From: Sphyrna mokarran
Taxonomy: Eukaryota
DNA length: 64,000 bases
Reading direction: 5' to 3'
Assembly (NCBI GenBank): GCA_024679065.1
Contig: JAGIQG010000018.1
Span: forward strand, 35,216,001-35,280,000
Below the pieces are notes generated by a model. It had not been told where the DNA came from. It made no database searches and saw only the letters and a list, made by a program, of their open reading frames with translations. The translations under genes were made by a program, and so were the position numbers. Position 1 is the first letter of the stretch, and the number at the start of each line of letters is the position of its first letter. Positions 1-12,545 of the stretch are shown here, one piece after another.

Positions 1-22
1 CCTTAAGTGTTGCCACCTACAG
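1..22 (+). CDS. OTOA: Otoancorin, probable 3' end of an exon cut by the window edge (..LSVATY-S)
   Basis: Ends in AG|gtacag donor. Phase 2 fits the single leading T of the exon at 942. Only 22 nt are visible. Confidence 0.5.
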
Positions 23-941
23 GTACAGTCCATTTTACAGTGCGCTCAGCAGAGCACCTGATGATTAATTGGAAGTAGTAAATGGGGATTTTAATTGGCT
101 TTTATTGGTTAGTATTGTTTTTGATATGAAATATTTGAAAACAAGACTATGTGGGAATCTCCTGATTTAGTGTATATGTAATATGATCTGTGTGAAATAT
201 ATATCTCCAGACATAGCTTAGGAAAAGTATTTGTTTTCTTTTGACTTCTTCTTGACCTTGTTAATTGACCCTGGGGTCTTCACATTCTGCTGTTCTTGTT
301 CAAGCACATAATGCAGAACGGGAGTTCCGTGTTGCTAAGAGTGGTTGAGGATGGCAGATTCCCATCCCTAACAGTCAATCTGCGTGGTCACTTATAGAAA
401 AGGAGGAGCAATTCAACCCCTGGAGTCTGTTCCACCATTCAATGAGATCATGGCTGATCTGCAATTTAACTTCATGTTAGGTTGCAGATCTTTGACCCAC
501 ATGCAGTAGTATCTTTGGCTAACAAAAAGCTATCAATCTCAGACTTTAAATTAACAATTGACTTAGCATAGTTGTGGAAGAGAGTTTCATGCTTTTACTA
601 CTGTGTGTATAAGGCTTTCTTAATTTCAGTCCTGAAAGGTTTGTTGTGGTTAGATTATGTCCCCTAATCTTAGGTTCTCTAACCAATCGTAAATGTTGAA
701 AGAGTGAAAAGTGTCTGGGTGAATTACGTCTGCTCACATGATAGAAGCAGCAGGAAGTATAGTTGGATTTTTGCATCAAAATGGGACCTTTCATTCTCAT
801 TCTCTAGTGCCTGCACCCAGATTACTGAGTTCAGTTTCACAGCATGCTGCAATAGGTTTGAACGCATGGCCTGTAACTGCACTATGATTGTTAAATTTGA
901 CCCCAGCTGGTAAACTACACCACCTGTTGTGTTGCCTGCAG

Positions 942-1078
942 TGCTGCAGCTGCAAGAATTGGTGAGATTTCCTGCAAGATGGAGATTCTCCAGGGATTGC
1001 TGAAGAAAGCGAGAAATGGTTTTGGAAATGTCGAAGACTGGTGCAACTTCAATCTCCAGGAAGTTGGAACAATAGCAG
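942..1078 (+). CDS. OTOA: Otoancorin internal exon (AAAARIGEISCKMEILQGLLKKARNGFGNVEDWCNFNLQEVGTIA)
   Basis: cctgcag acceptor, G|gttaga donor. The peptide resembles recalled mammalian OTOA ..ARIGTLLC..VFGDPTEW..LQELGTIA. Phases match both neighbours. Confidence 0.85.
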
Positions 1079-1881
1079 GTTAGATTGGTAACGTATGTGA
1101 GAGAGAGAAAACATTGTGAAAGGATAGCCCAAGAGGTAGAGATAAATAGCAATGGGGCTTAAGGATTTAAGAGATTAAATCCTTAAAAATTTATTCTTTT
1201 CCTTCATGTAAAGATTTCTCTGGGACAGATTCAATCCTTCCCATTTAATCTCCTGATGGACACAGCAGGAGGTAAAACACAAAACTTTCTTTCAAACCTA
1301 TAAAGAGCAGTTTCATTGTTTTTAATGTGGTAGAATTAAGCAAAGATTAAAAGCAGAAACTTAAAGTATGCATAATGAAAGAGATAATTGAAAAATATAA
1401 AACTAGTTTGCAAAATTAAAAAATGAGTCGACCAACACAGTTAACTGAAGGAAAGTCAAAGTTTAGGAACAGAAGAATTGAATAAAATTAAGTGTATGAC
1501 TAAGTTATACAGAACATTTGGTTGACTGTGTTAATTGTTAACCTAGCTTTGAAGTTAGTGGTTGGTTGAGGGGGGAGAGGTGTGGTAGTTGGTGAGGGGG
1601 AAGAGGTGTGTGGTGGTTGATGAGGAAGGGGCAGTGGTTGCTGAATTTGGATGCTGGAATCTGAAACAAAAACAGAAAATACTGGAAAATCTTAGTAGCT
1701 CTGACAGCATTTGTGGAGAGAGACCAGAATAACATTTCTTGTTTGGGTGATCCTTTGTCAGAGCTGTGGCTTGTTAATTAGATCTTCAAGAAGTAACTGA
1801 TTCCATTAAAGGAGAGGACATAGCCAGTTCTTGGTTAGAGCTTAAGTTGCTCACTCTATATTGTGCATCTCCTCTTCACAG

Positions 1882-1979
1882 CTGGGATAAGCAAAGAAGA
1901 GATAAGAATCCTGAATGAAGACCTGATGCCCTATTTTCAGCCAGCAGCAATACCTGCTCTGCCCAGTGAAGTATTTAAA
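1882..1979 (+). CDS. OTOA: Otoancorin internal exon (AGISKEEIRILNEDLMPYFQPAAIPALPSEVFK)
   Basis: Pyrimidine tract plus cag acceptor, gtgagt donor. DLMPYFQP motif matches recalled OTOA. Confidence 0.9.
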
Positions 1980-2962
1980 GTGAGTAGAGAAAGATGTGCT
2001 CAGCTCCTCCTAAATCCTGACCCTTCTGTCAACAGGATTTGAGAATTGAATCAAGATGGTTATTACTTCCAACCTGAGGTTTTGTTTTGATTTTAGTTAC
2101 ATAAAGAGACCTTTGAAATGTGAATGCAAACTTGATTAATGTTGATGATTCCTTGTATCTTAGTGATTTAGTGGCATAGTAGTGGGAACATGGAGATCCG
2201 TTTTAGCTCTGTAAGGCTGGATGTAACACTCGGATATGTGCAGTAGATAAAGGACATAAAATGCCTAATGGACTATGGGGTGGGGAGATGAGTGACACCT
2301 ATACACTGATTTCTTAAAACTTTCTTTAAGAGGAAGAGAGAACAACATAGAGAGGTGGGAATCTATGAGGATGGTTTTTTTTAACACAAATGAATTGTGC
2401 AATAATGGCAATTATATTGTCAAAGTGTCAGCTGGGACTCGGTGGGACTTTTGCCTCTGAATCAGAAGGCTGTGGTTTGAAGACTCACTCCAGAAATCCT
2501 CTTGTGACTTGTATCAGGTGCACGGTTTGCACAGGAGAGTCTTGACATTGAGCAATGTGAATATAGTGGGAAAGTTAAACTCAGTACAGATCCACAATCA
2601 TTTCTGTGGGACTCAGCACCGTGCTATGTTGCACAGCAGATGGATATATCCTGAGAGCCACTTAACTCTTATCTAAATTAAGAAAGAAGTACATCAAGTC
2701 AGGAAGTGGTCAGAAGTAGCATGTGGTGAAATAGTATCATGTGATCTTTGTTTGCCAGAGAGGTCAGACAGGGCCATCTGAAAGATAGGCATCGCTAAAC
2801 ATGCAGCAGTCTAGAGTTCTGCAATGGGAATATCAGCCTGGACACTATGCTCATTTTTCTTGAGTGGATCACACAACTTTCTGACTTGGAGATGAGATTC
2901 ATTGAACAACGGCTGAATTTTAATTCACAATTGACAGATGGGTAATTTGTTTTTTTTTGTAG

Positions 2963-3128
2963 GAATTTTCCCCAAAACAGTTAGCAAGCCTTGGACCTAA
3001 GAATGCAGCCGTTGTCACAGAATCCCAAAAAGCTGTACTGAGCCCAAAACAGATTTCCAGTCTGCAGGCTGCATTGGATGGAGCTGGTTTAATTGAGATG
3101 CTGCCTACTGCTTTCCCAGTCACAGGTG
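2963..3128 (+). CDS. OTOA: Otoancorin penultimate coding exon ([55 protein letters not shown])
   Basis: Poly-T plus tag acceptor, gtgagt donor. Matches recalled OTOA ..ASLGPENAAAVT..LSPLQLQSLQQALDG. Confidence 0.9.
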
Positions 3129-3694
3129 GTGAGTTTGTAATTTTGTCTCTGCTAAACTGTAAATATTCTGTTGTGTGTACATCTGATACTTGTGACTTTA
3201 TCATCGGATATGTACTCACGTCTAGAGGCTCATAACTGATCATAATTTCCAAAGCTCTGCAGCTTACCTTCTAACTCGTACCAAGTCCATTCACCCAACA
3301 TTCTCTTCTGTACTCACTAACTTACAATGGCTCCTAGTCAGGCAATGCCTCAAGTTTAATTGCCTCTTCCTTATATACCATGTTCCATTGCCTTTCTTCT
3401 CCTTATCTCCATAATCTCCTCCAGCCCGACAATCCTCTTGAGATATATATATTCTTCCAATTTATGTCTTTTTTTACGTGCCTGAACGTGATTGCTTCTC
3501 AATAGGTGCCCTTCGACTTCCAGAGCCCTAAACTTTGGTATTTCCTTGTGAATTATCTCCACAGCTCTCCCCTTCTATAAACCGCTTCTTAAAACCCAAC
3601 TCTTTGACCAAAGTTTTGGTCACTGGTGGTCATTACCAGTTCTAATATTTTTGGCTTGGTGTCATAATTTGCTTGATTATGTCATATAGGTTGA

Positions 3695-6395
3695 CAGGAT
3701 GAAAACAGGCCCTTTGGCCCAATTTGTCCATGCTGCCCCTTTTTTGTTATCCCCTAAATTAGTCCCAATTGTCCACATTTGGCCCATATCTCTCTATAGC
3801 TATCTTACCCAAGATGTAACTATCTAAATGCTTTTTAAAAGACAGACTTGTTTCTGCCTCTACAACTACCTCTGGCAGGTTATTGCAGACACTCACCTCC
3901 CTCTATGAAAAAATTGTCCCTTTGGACACTTCTGTATCTCTTCCTTCTTACCTTAAACGTATGCCCTCTAGTTTTAGACTCCCTATCTTTGGGGAAAAAA
4001 ATTGACTATCTAGCTGATCTTTGTCCCTCATTATTTTATAGGCCTCTATTAGGTCATCCTGAAGCTCCTACGTTCCTGAGGAAAAAGGTCCCAATCTATC
4101 CAGCCTCTCCTTATAACTCAAATCATCAAGTCCTGTTAGCAATCTTAGTACATCTTTTCTGCACTCTTTTTCTAGTTTAATGATATCCTTTCTATAATAG
4201 GGTGTCAAGAACTGTACACAGTATTACAAGTGTGGCCTTGCCAATGTCTTGTACAACTTCAACAAGTCATCCCAACTCCTATATTCAGTGTTCTGATCAA
4301 TGAAACCAAGCATGCTGAATGCTTTCCTCACCACTCTGTCCATCTGTGACTCCGCTTTCAAGGAGCTATGAATTGTACCCCTAGATCTCTTTGTTCTATA
4401 ACTGTCCCGAACACCCTAAGATTAACTGAGTATGTCCTGCCCTGGTTCAATCGACCAAAATGCATCTTCTCGGATTTATCTAAATTAAACTCTATCTGTC
4501 ATTCGTCAACTCACTGGCCCAATTGATCAAGATCCCATTGCAATCCTAAATAACCTTCTTCACTGTCCATTATGCCATCAATCTTGGTGTCATCTGCAAA
4601 CTTATTAACTATGCCTACTAAATTTTCATCCAAACCATTAATATAAATGACAAATAATAGTGGACCAAGCACCGATCCCTAAAGCACACCACTGGTCACA
4701 GACCTCCAGTTTGAAAAATAACCCTCTCTAACCACCTTGTCTTCTGTCATCAAGCCAATTTTATACCCATTTGGCTACCTCATCCTGGATCCTGTGAGAT
4801 TTAACTTCATGCAACAACCTACCATATGATAACTTGTCAAAGGCCTTGCTAAAGCCCACGTAGACAACATCAACTGCATTGCCCTCATCTATCTTCTTGG
4901 CTGTTCCTTCAAAAGACTCAATCAAATTTGTAGGACATGATTTTCCACTGACAAAGCATGCTGTCTAATCAATGCTTGCATCTCTAAATACCTGTAGATC
5001 CTGTCTCTCAAAATATCTTCTAACAACTTACCTACTACAGATGTGAGGCTCACCGGCCAGTAGTTCCCAGGCTTTTCCCTGCAGCCCTTTTAAACAAAGG
5101 CACAACATCTGCCACTCTCACTTCAGGCATCTCACCTGTGACTTTTGATGATTCAAATATCTCTGCCAGGGGGCCCAAAATTTCTTCCCTAGCCTCCCAC
5201 AGTTCTTGGGATACACTTCGCCAGATGTCGGGCATTTATCTACCTTGATGCACTTTAAAAATTCCAGCACCTCCTTCTCTGTTATATGTACACCCATCAA
5301 GATATCACTATTTATTTCCTCAAGTTTCTTCACATCTATGCTTTTCTCAATGGTGAATACTATGAAAAATAGGATCTCACCCATCTCTTGTGGATCTGCA
5401 TCTTAGATGACCTTGTTCATCCTTAAGAGGTCCTACTCTCTCCCTAGTTACTCTTTTCCCCTTTATGTATTTGTAGAAGCTCTTTGGATTTTCCTTTGCC
5501 TTATCTGCCAAAACAATCTTGTGTCCCCTTTTTGCCTCCTGACTTCTCTCTTTTAACTCTACTCCTGCATCCTCTATACGCTTCAAAAATTTATACTCCT
5601 ATATCCTCTATGCACTTGATCCCAGCTGCTTATGCATGTCATGTGCCTCCTTCTTCTTGACCAGGGTCTCAATATTGCGAGTCATCCAGGATCTCCTACT
5701 TCTACCAGCCTTGCCCTTCATTCTAAGAAGAACGTGCTTACCCTTGTCTGGTTAACACACTTTTAAAAGCCTCTCAGTTATGAACCATCCCTTTGCCTTC
5801 CCACAGACTCCACCAATTAACTGTTGAAAGTTCCTGCCCCAATTTAGAATTTTAACTTTTGGACCAGACCTCAAAAGTTTTTAAGCTCAGAAATACATAT
5901 CACTTCTTGATTGCATGGACAATGCAATAGGAGCAGATTGCACCTAGCAAGAGATTTAGGAAGATTTTTCTTTGTCTTTTGAATGTGAGCCATGATGACT
6001 GCATGTTGCTTATCTTTAGTTGCTTTGAGGGCATTCAAAGTCAACTACATAATCCAGTCAAGTGGAGGCCAAGATCTTCTCTCCGAAGGACTTTTGGTCC
6101 ATTCTCCATAGCTATCTAAAACTAATGGAATTATGGTGTTAGTGATCCCTTACTAACTTCTGTCACCTGCCCTTCCTTATTTCCCAAGGGGTCAAGTTTT
6201 GTCCCCTGTCTAGTCAGGTCATCCACATTCTACATGAGAAATTCCTGAATACACTCAACAAATTTCTCTCCATCCAAGCTTCTAATACTATGGCCATTCC
6301 AGGTAAGGTTGGAAAAGTTAAAATCCTCTACTATTACCACCCTGTTTTTCTTGGAGCTATCTGTAATCTCCTTACATTTTTGTTCCTCAATTTTT
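3695..6395 (-). mobile_element. Decayed CR1-clade LINE (ORF2 endonuclease/RT and 3' tail), interrupted at about 5872-6098
   Basis: Minus-strand ORF remnants KENPKSFYKYIKGKRVTRERVGPLKD and PLAEIFESS..VVPLFK. CR1-type tail near 3700. LINE sequence resumes after 6098. Confidence 0.9.
5878..6098 (+). repeat. Copy 1 of a near-identical ~220-bp direct duplication (other copy 6994-7216)
   Basis: tttaagctcagaaatacatatcac...ctccgaaggacttttggt occurs at both positions. Confidence 0.95.
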
Positions 6396-6803
6396 CGCCT
6401 TTGGGCATCTATGTGATGTCACTTGGGACATTTTATTACATTAAATGCATCATATGAAGGTTACTATTGAGGCTCCAATAAAGTTTGTAAAGTGAGCAGA
6501 TAGGATTCGGAATGCACTGCCTGCAGGGTGGTGGAAGCAAATTCAGCAGTAACCTTCAAAAGACTTAGATATCTACTTAATTTGGGAAAAGACAAGGGGA
6601 GTGGGGTGAGTTGAATGACTCGGCACAGACTTAATGACTGTGTTACAAGATTCTAGGATTATGGAATATGAATTGATTTTGGATACTAAAAGAATCAAAG
6701 TACTAGAATTATGAAATGAATATTCTGTAAGTTATGTTTCTATGTTTCAGTGGTTAATATAACTTTCATTTCTGATAACTTCCTTGTGTTAATTTCTTAA
6801 CAG

Positions 6804-6874
6804 GTTCAACTGTCTGTGGTGGAAACTTTGTCTTACTTTGGGCTGTCTGTACCATGGTGTATTTTATTGCTTGA
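6804..6874 (+). CDS. OTOA: Otoancorin terminal coding exon (GSTVCGGNFVLLWAVCTMVYFIA*), GPI-signal-like hydrophobic tail
   Basis: ttaacag acceptor in phase 1, matching the 3128 donor. Short hydrophobic C-terminus then TGA, as expected for a GPI-anchored protein. Confidence 0.7.
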
Positions 6875-6993
6875 TGAACTCCTTACTGATGATGATGCAC
6901 AATCTATTGTATCCATTTAATGCGTAGACATTACTGAACAGTAAAGTAATAGGTTAATGAATTTTCAAAGAGCTAAATGAGCAATCATGTCAA

Positions 6994-7216
6994 TTTTTAA
7001 GCTCAGAAATACATATCACTTCTTGATTTTCATTTGTCCGTGCAATAGGAGCAGATTGCACCTAGCAAGAGATTTAGGAAGATTTTTCTTTGTCTTTTGA
7101 ATGTGAGCCATGATGGCTGCATGTTGCTTATCCTTAGTTGCTTTGAGGGCATTCAAAGTCAACTACATAATCCAGTCAAGTGGAGGCCAAGATCTTCTCT
7201 CCGAAGGACTTTTGGT
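6994..7216 (+). repeat. Copy 2 (probable source) of the ~220-bp duplication, just downstream of the OTOA stop
   Basis: Direct sequence match to 5878-6098. Confidence 0.95.
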
Positions 7217-7375
7217 TTTTTTTTTATTAATTTATGGAATGTGTGCGTCAGTAGTTGGGCTAACATTTGTTGCTCATCCCTAATTGCCTTTGAACTGAGT
7301 AACTTAGTAGGCCATTTCAGAAGACAGTTAAGAATTCATGAGTGGATTTGGAGTCACAAGTAGGCCAGATCAGTT

Positions 7376-8150
7376 GAGTAAACAGGGTTAAGCTTTTTCC
7401 TAGGATGGACTCGAATAACACGAGGGATCACGGGCTTAGGTGGGTAAGGTATAATTTGGTGCTAGAGGGAGTTTTTTCACACAGAGGGTTGTGGGGGTAT
7501 GGAATGCGCTGCCAAGTAAAGTGGTGGAGGCAGGCACTCTGGAGTTATTTAAGAAATACTTAGATGGGCACATGAACAGAATGGGAATGGAGGGGTACAG
7601 AAAACTGATTTTAAAATAGGGATCACGAGCCTTGGGAGTCCCTGGGAAGTGTGTAAATAGATGATGATATTGATGTACTTGTTTTTAACCTACAGGTGCT
7701 TTGGTACACCTTGTTGTCTAACAAGAGGCATACACGCAATGGGTCATGAGAGGGCTGCTCTTGGATTTTTTTTCCAGAGTATCCTAGTACTTCACGTCGT
7801 TAGTGTATGCTTGACCTGGACCATTTGATGGGCAACATGACAGCTCAGTGACTATCGCTATGCTGTGCAGATACATGGATTTGGGCCTGTGTCTGTGGGA
7901 GTTTGCGCATTCTCCCCGTGCTTGCGTGGGTTTTCTCCGGGAGCTCCGGTTTCCTCCCACATCCCAAAAATGTGCTCTTAGGCTAATTGGCAAAACAAAT
8001 TCTCCCTAAATTGTTTCAAATTTGGTTTTTAATCCATAGATCTATAAACATGGACAGGGATCGCAGGTAGAAGTGGGAACATCGGGGTGGCGGCACGGGC
8101 TCGTTGGGCCAAAGGGCCTGTTTCCCGTGCTGTTTTGTTCTTTGTTCTTT
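7376..8150 (+). mobile_element. 5'-truncated CR1 with SINE-containing 3' UTR (chimeric family, copy A), nested in an older SINE-like repeat
   Basis: Colinear with 44240-45015 and ends in a (tgttctt)n tail. The flanks 7230-7375 and 8151-8180 join into the same repeat seen at 57000-57330. Confidence 0.85.
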
Positions 8151-9789
8151 GACAGCAAATTTCCTTTCTTAAAGGACAAAGACAAAATTTAATGGATATT
8201 TACTGATGCTGGTCCAGAAACTACCAAATTTATTAAATTAATTTCTGCAAATAGAGAAGGCAGAGGGAGTCTCTGTTTTCAATCTCCCCCTCAAGATGGC
8301 AAATCAAAGTGCAACACTCCTCCTTTGCTGCACTGTTAGCTTAGATGGTATGTTGTCTTTAGGATGGAAGGGTGAACCCATGACCTTTTGACACAGAGCT
8401 TGGGGCCAAGGCAGTTGAAGGCATTACTGCCAATGGTGGAGCAATTAAAATCAGGATCATTGGAGGAATGCAGAGATCATGGAGAACTAACTGTAAGCCA
8501 AAGGATGCTTTTAACAATAAAAGCTGTAACTGTATAGATAAAAGTACCTCTGGTTGCCCAGTTGTATGTTTTTTATTGTCCAGTAGCTTTCCCTGTACAC
8601 CCAAGTGATATTTTGAATTTTGCTAGATAATATATTTTAAAATTAGAGAACTCAAAGGAAGAGTTGGGGGGGGGGGGGGGGGGGGGTGTCACCTTAGTGA
8701 GATGAGTTTGACTGCAACATAAATGAATATGTTGAAAATTTCTGACAGTTTGAGGCCAGTTGCCCAGGTACACATAGACATCCCATAATTTCATTCAACA
8801 AAGAATATTTGGTCTGGGGAAAAACAAAGATATTTGGCTTCCAATAGAGAACGCACTTCCTTTTTTGCAAAAATATACTTTATTCATGGAATATTTGAAT
8901 AAACGTTGCAAATATTTTAAAGATGACCATCAGTCAGGAAGTGCTTAAATATTCAGGTTTTCTTCATTGAGAATATACTTTTTTGCAGAATTGTCTTTAG
9001 TTCCCCACTGAGAGACAAACACCAACTGGTAACAGAGTGGATATACTTTCTATCTATTAATCCAGCTATATGACTAATGGACCAGACTAATGTTGGGAGT
9101 TTTTTTAACCTATTTGAAATCTGAATGGTTTGTAGAAGACACAAATGGATTTTAGCTTTGCAGACTCAAGCTCTTCAATTTGCACGTTTGTAAATAATTA
9201 TTAGATAATCACAACTGAAAATGTGAACTTGTAAATTAAGATAAACATTCATTTTTTGTCTTTGTTTCCTCTTGTATTGACTGTTTTGCTGTTCTTAGAC
9301 CATGTATAAAAAATGTGATTGAACACCCACGTGTAAAATATATGGCAAGTGTGAGCCTGGATAATATAGAATTTGGATCCATGTTCTTCTGCCTTGTGGG
9401 AAGAGTGTAATCATAAGACTGATACTTTAAGAAGTCTACAGGCCATGCAAACACTTCAGCACTTGATTCATGTGGATCAGCATTGGTGTTATGACAGTGG
9501 GAAGGGCAGAGTAAATTGCTAGATTCAGCCAGCTTCAATCAAAGTTGTTCCTTCTGGTCGTCAATGCAGTCATGAAGTATATCTTATTGTGAAATTGGAT
9601 GTACTGGCTGCTGTTTTCAATTTTACACTTTGCGTTTCCGTGGATTGCAGAGAAAGCACAAAATTATGGTAATTCAAGAGAAATTGGTATCCTTGCATAA
9701 GAAACAGACAGTTAATATTCAAATACAGCATGCACCTAGGAAGATAAGATTTAATTGCAACAAGTTTGGAGTGCAAGATTAACGAAGAC

Positions 9790-10350
9790 TTGCTGCGATA
9801 AAACCACATGAGGTACTGTGTACTTTTGGCCTCTTTAGTCTATGGAAGGATATATTGTTGAAGAGGAGTGCAAGAGGTTTGTTAGATTGATTCCTGGGGT
9901 GATAGGGCTACTCTGTGAGAAGGAATAAGTACAACTATATTGACTAGAAGAAAAATAAGTAATCTCATTGACACTATAAAATTCTTCAGAGAACTTGGAT
10001 AGGAGAGATGCTGAAATACTGTTTCCCCTCGGTTGGAGGGTGTGGAACAAAGGGTCAGTTTCAGGATAAGTGGTCACCCATTTCAGATGGAAACAAAAAA
10101 AATCTCTTCACTTAGATTTATAATTATTAGGATTTTCTACCTCGAGAGCTAGGAATTCTCAGTCAATGAATACATATAGTTGATTTAGAGATTGGTTTGA
10201 TAGATCTTCAAATAATAAAGAAATTAAGGGTTATAGGATATGGCAGAAAGGCGGAGTTGGTATGCAGGTTTAGTTATGGTCTTTCTGAATAGCAGACCAG
10301 CCTCGAAGCCAAATGGCCTATTCCTGCCCCTGTTATTTATGTATGATCCC
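9790..10350 (+). mobile_element. Old CR1 LINE 3' fragment
   Basis: Degenerate YCVxFW..LEGVQRRF coding region and aatggcctattcctgcccct tail. Confidence 0.7.
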
Positions 10351-11522
10351 AAAGTACCTTACAGTTGATGATATTTATTTGAAATGCGATCACCATTAAT
10401 GTAAAAAAAAGTCCATCAAATGTTTATTTGCGAGAATCAAAATCAATTCAAAAGTGGTTGATGCATTGCTTTCAGAAAGCTGCCTTTTTGACCATTCTTT
10501 GAATATCACAGTTCTTTTAGACAAGTCAGATGACCTTTATCGTCCCTTGATAAAGACCAAAGACTTTTGAGATGAATTGTTACTCTTTTTTTTTCAGAAA
10601 GCTTGACAGGACAATGGTGGATCTGCAATTTGTAGAGCCCTATGCTTACCTTCACTTCTGAGCATCCCAGTAATATCATGCCCCTCCTAATCCGCACCCA
10701 AAAGAACACGAAGGTGCTAGCTACAAAATGCACACAAATTGATCACTGCTTAACCGCCTTATTTTTTTAACTTGTAAAAACATTTGTGTAAATAATTGAT
10801 GAATCGAAATCCAAGCTTACCACTTGTTGGAATGACAGTAAAGATGTTCAATATTGTGATGTATGTCTTGAGGCAAGCAAACATGAAACTAGCTAATCAG
10901 CAATAAGATGAATCGGCTGAAGACATCACTGCAGCAAGACCAGTGCAGGAAAAGGATTAGCCAGTCCACTGCTGGAGCAAATATTCCAATCAACAAGATG
11001 CATATACTGCCATTCGGTATAATTCAAAGTCTTGTTCAGTATCAAAAGTTAACTCCCTTACTTTCCCTCTCAAAATCGAAGTTATCGCTGAAAATTCACG
11101 AGTCAAGTGGCCAGTGAGTCTAAATCCAATTCAAATGGCTCTGTCTGGAGGATTCCATTCTTTGTCCTAGAAGAAACTTTCTAAAAGCCAATCTTGAGAG
11201 TGATGGTGGTTGGAACTATCAGCATGTGACCAATTGCAGCCATTATATCAGTCTAGCAATGGTCCATTTCAAGAAACAGTATTTGAATATGGAAGATGGG
11301 CAGATTTTAAAGATTTTCTTGCCTCATCGCTTATTGGCATGGCAATGTAGATAGCTTTTTTTCTACACATTTTCTTCACAAAATGAATTACTTCATTGTA
11401 GTGATATGAACTGTGCTATTTTGATATATTTTATGTTTAAGATGGGCTGTTTTAAGAGGCAGCGTACAAGAATCAGTTTACTTGAAAAGCTGAATATTTA
11501 CTCATTTTAGCCATGTTAGTGT

Positions 11523-12545
11523 TTATTTTGCAGCAGACTTAATAAGCTTTTGTTTACTTATGTTCTCCTGGGATTTGAGTCTACGTATGCAGAATCCTGT
11601 AATTTTGATTAGGCTGACTGACAGGGTCAGAGCCATGCATTTAATGGGAGAACTTAGTTTGCAAAGAAAATGTTTCATTTTCATTTTAAAATAGAGAGCA
11701 GCTGCTGCCTGGAGCTGGTGAAACATAAAACATAACATGAAACATAACAATGTTTCATTATTAACATTATTTGTTAATAATGAAACAAATTAATGAAGTA
11801 TTTCACTTCATCTTCAAAAATATTTGTGTCTATGTCCTTTTGTAGAATTTACTTAATTTCTTATGACAGTGGCAGTCATTCTCATCCAAACTTTTGTTAA
11901 AAACCATGCAAAATGAATCAACAGTTTTCTTCAGTGGTTCACTTCTACTCTGCAATTGCACCATCATTATGTCACAAATAACACTGATAGTCTCAACAAT
12001 GATCTTCTCTTTTTCTTTTAAATTGATTTCATTGTCTCTAGTTTCATTAAAAAATAACTTCCTGTGTTTCTGGTTTCATTGAAAAAATAACTTGCTGTGT
12101 CTTATATACTTCTCATCTTTTTTTGCTGTTTCAATCAAGGTATAGTCATTTCGAATTTCTCGGCAAAATTTTTAACTGAGGCTAATAATTGTGCAGCATT
12201 CAATAAAGTTGTATCGACATTTTGCATGATTTGCTGACAGTATTAATTCTTTGGTTCTACAAAACAGTAAAAACAGCAATATTATAATTTTCAAACTACT
12301 TCACCACAGATTTCGCTCTCACACGTTGTTTTCCGAATTTGATGTGACTATGTCTGACAAAGTTACTTTTAACATCTGTACGAGCAGACCACCTAGTGCC
12401 ACAAATTCTTTTGACTGTCGAATATTTTTTATTTGCTTGCTCCAAGTGTGATTCCATCAATGCATGGAAACTGAAATAAAAGCACAAAAGCATAAACTAA
12501 GTTAAAATAAATTGTACAGCTGCCTCATAGAATTCAGCAGCAATG
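11523..12545 (-). mobile_element. Fossil hAT-superfamily DNA transposase (ZMYM1/P52rIPK-like)
   Basis: Minus-strand peptides STVKRICGTRWSARTD (hAT TRWS motif) and MALTLSVS..KLIK (dimerisation-domain-like), with many stops and frameshifts. Confidence 0.55.

Noticed and set aside
724-1152. 142-aa minus-strand ORF (also 2920-3252)
   Set aside because: Antisense shadows of OTOA exons.
8666-8686. Poly-G tract as a G-quadruplex element
   Set aside because: Homopolymer length is unreliable and there is no functional context.
9300-11350. Non-repeat-looking stretches (about 9300-9790 and 10500-11350) with fairly open + frames, suggesting a pseudogene or viral fossil
   Set aside because: No recognisable motif or splice structure, and several stops remain. 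A translated homology search would be needed.
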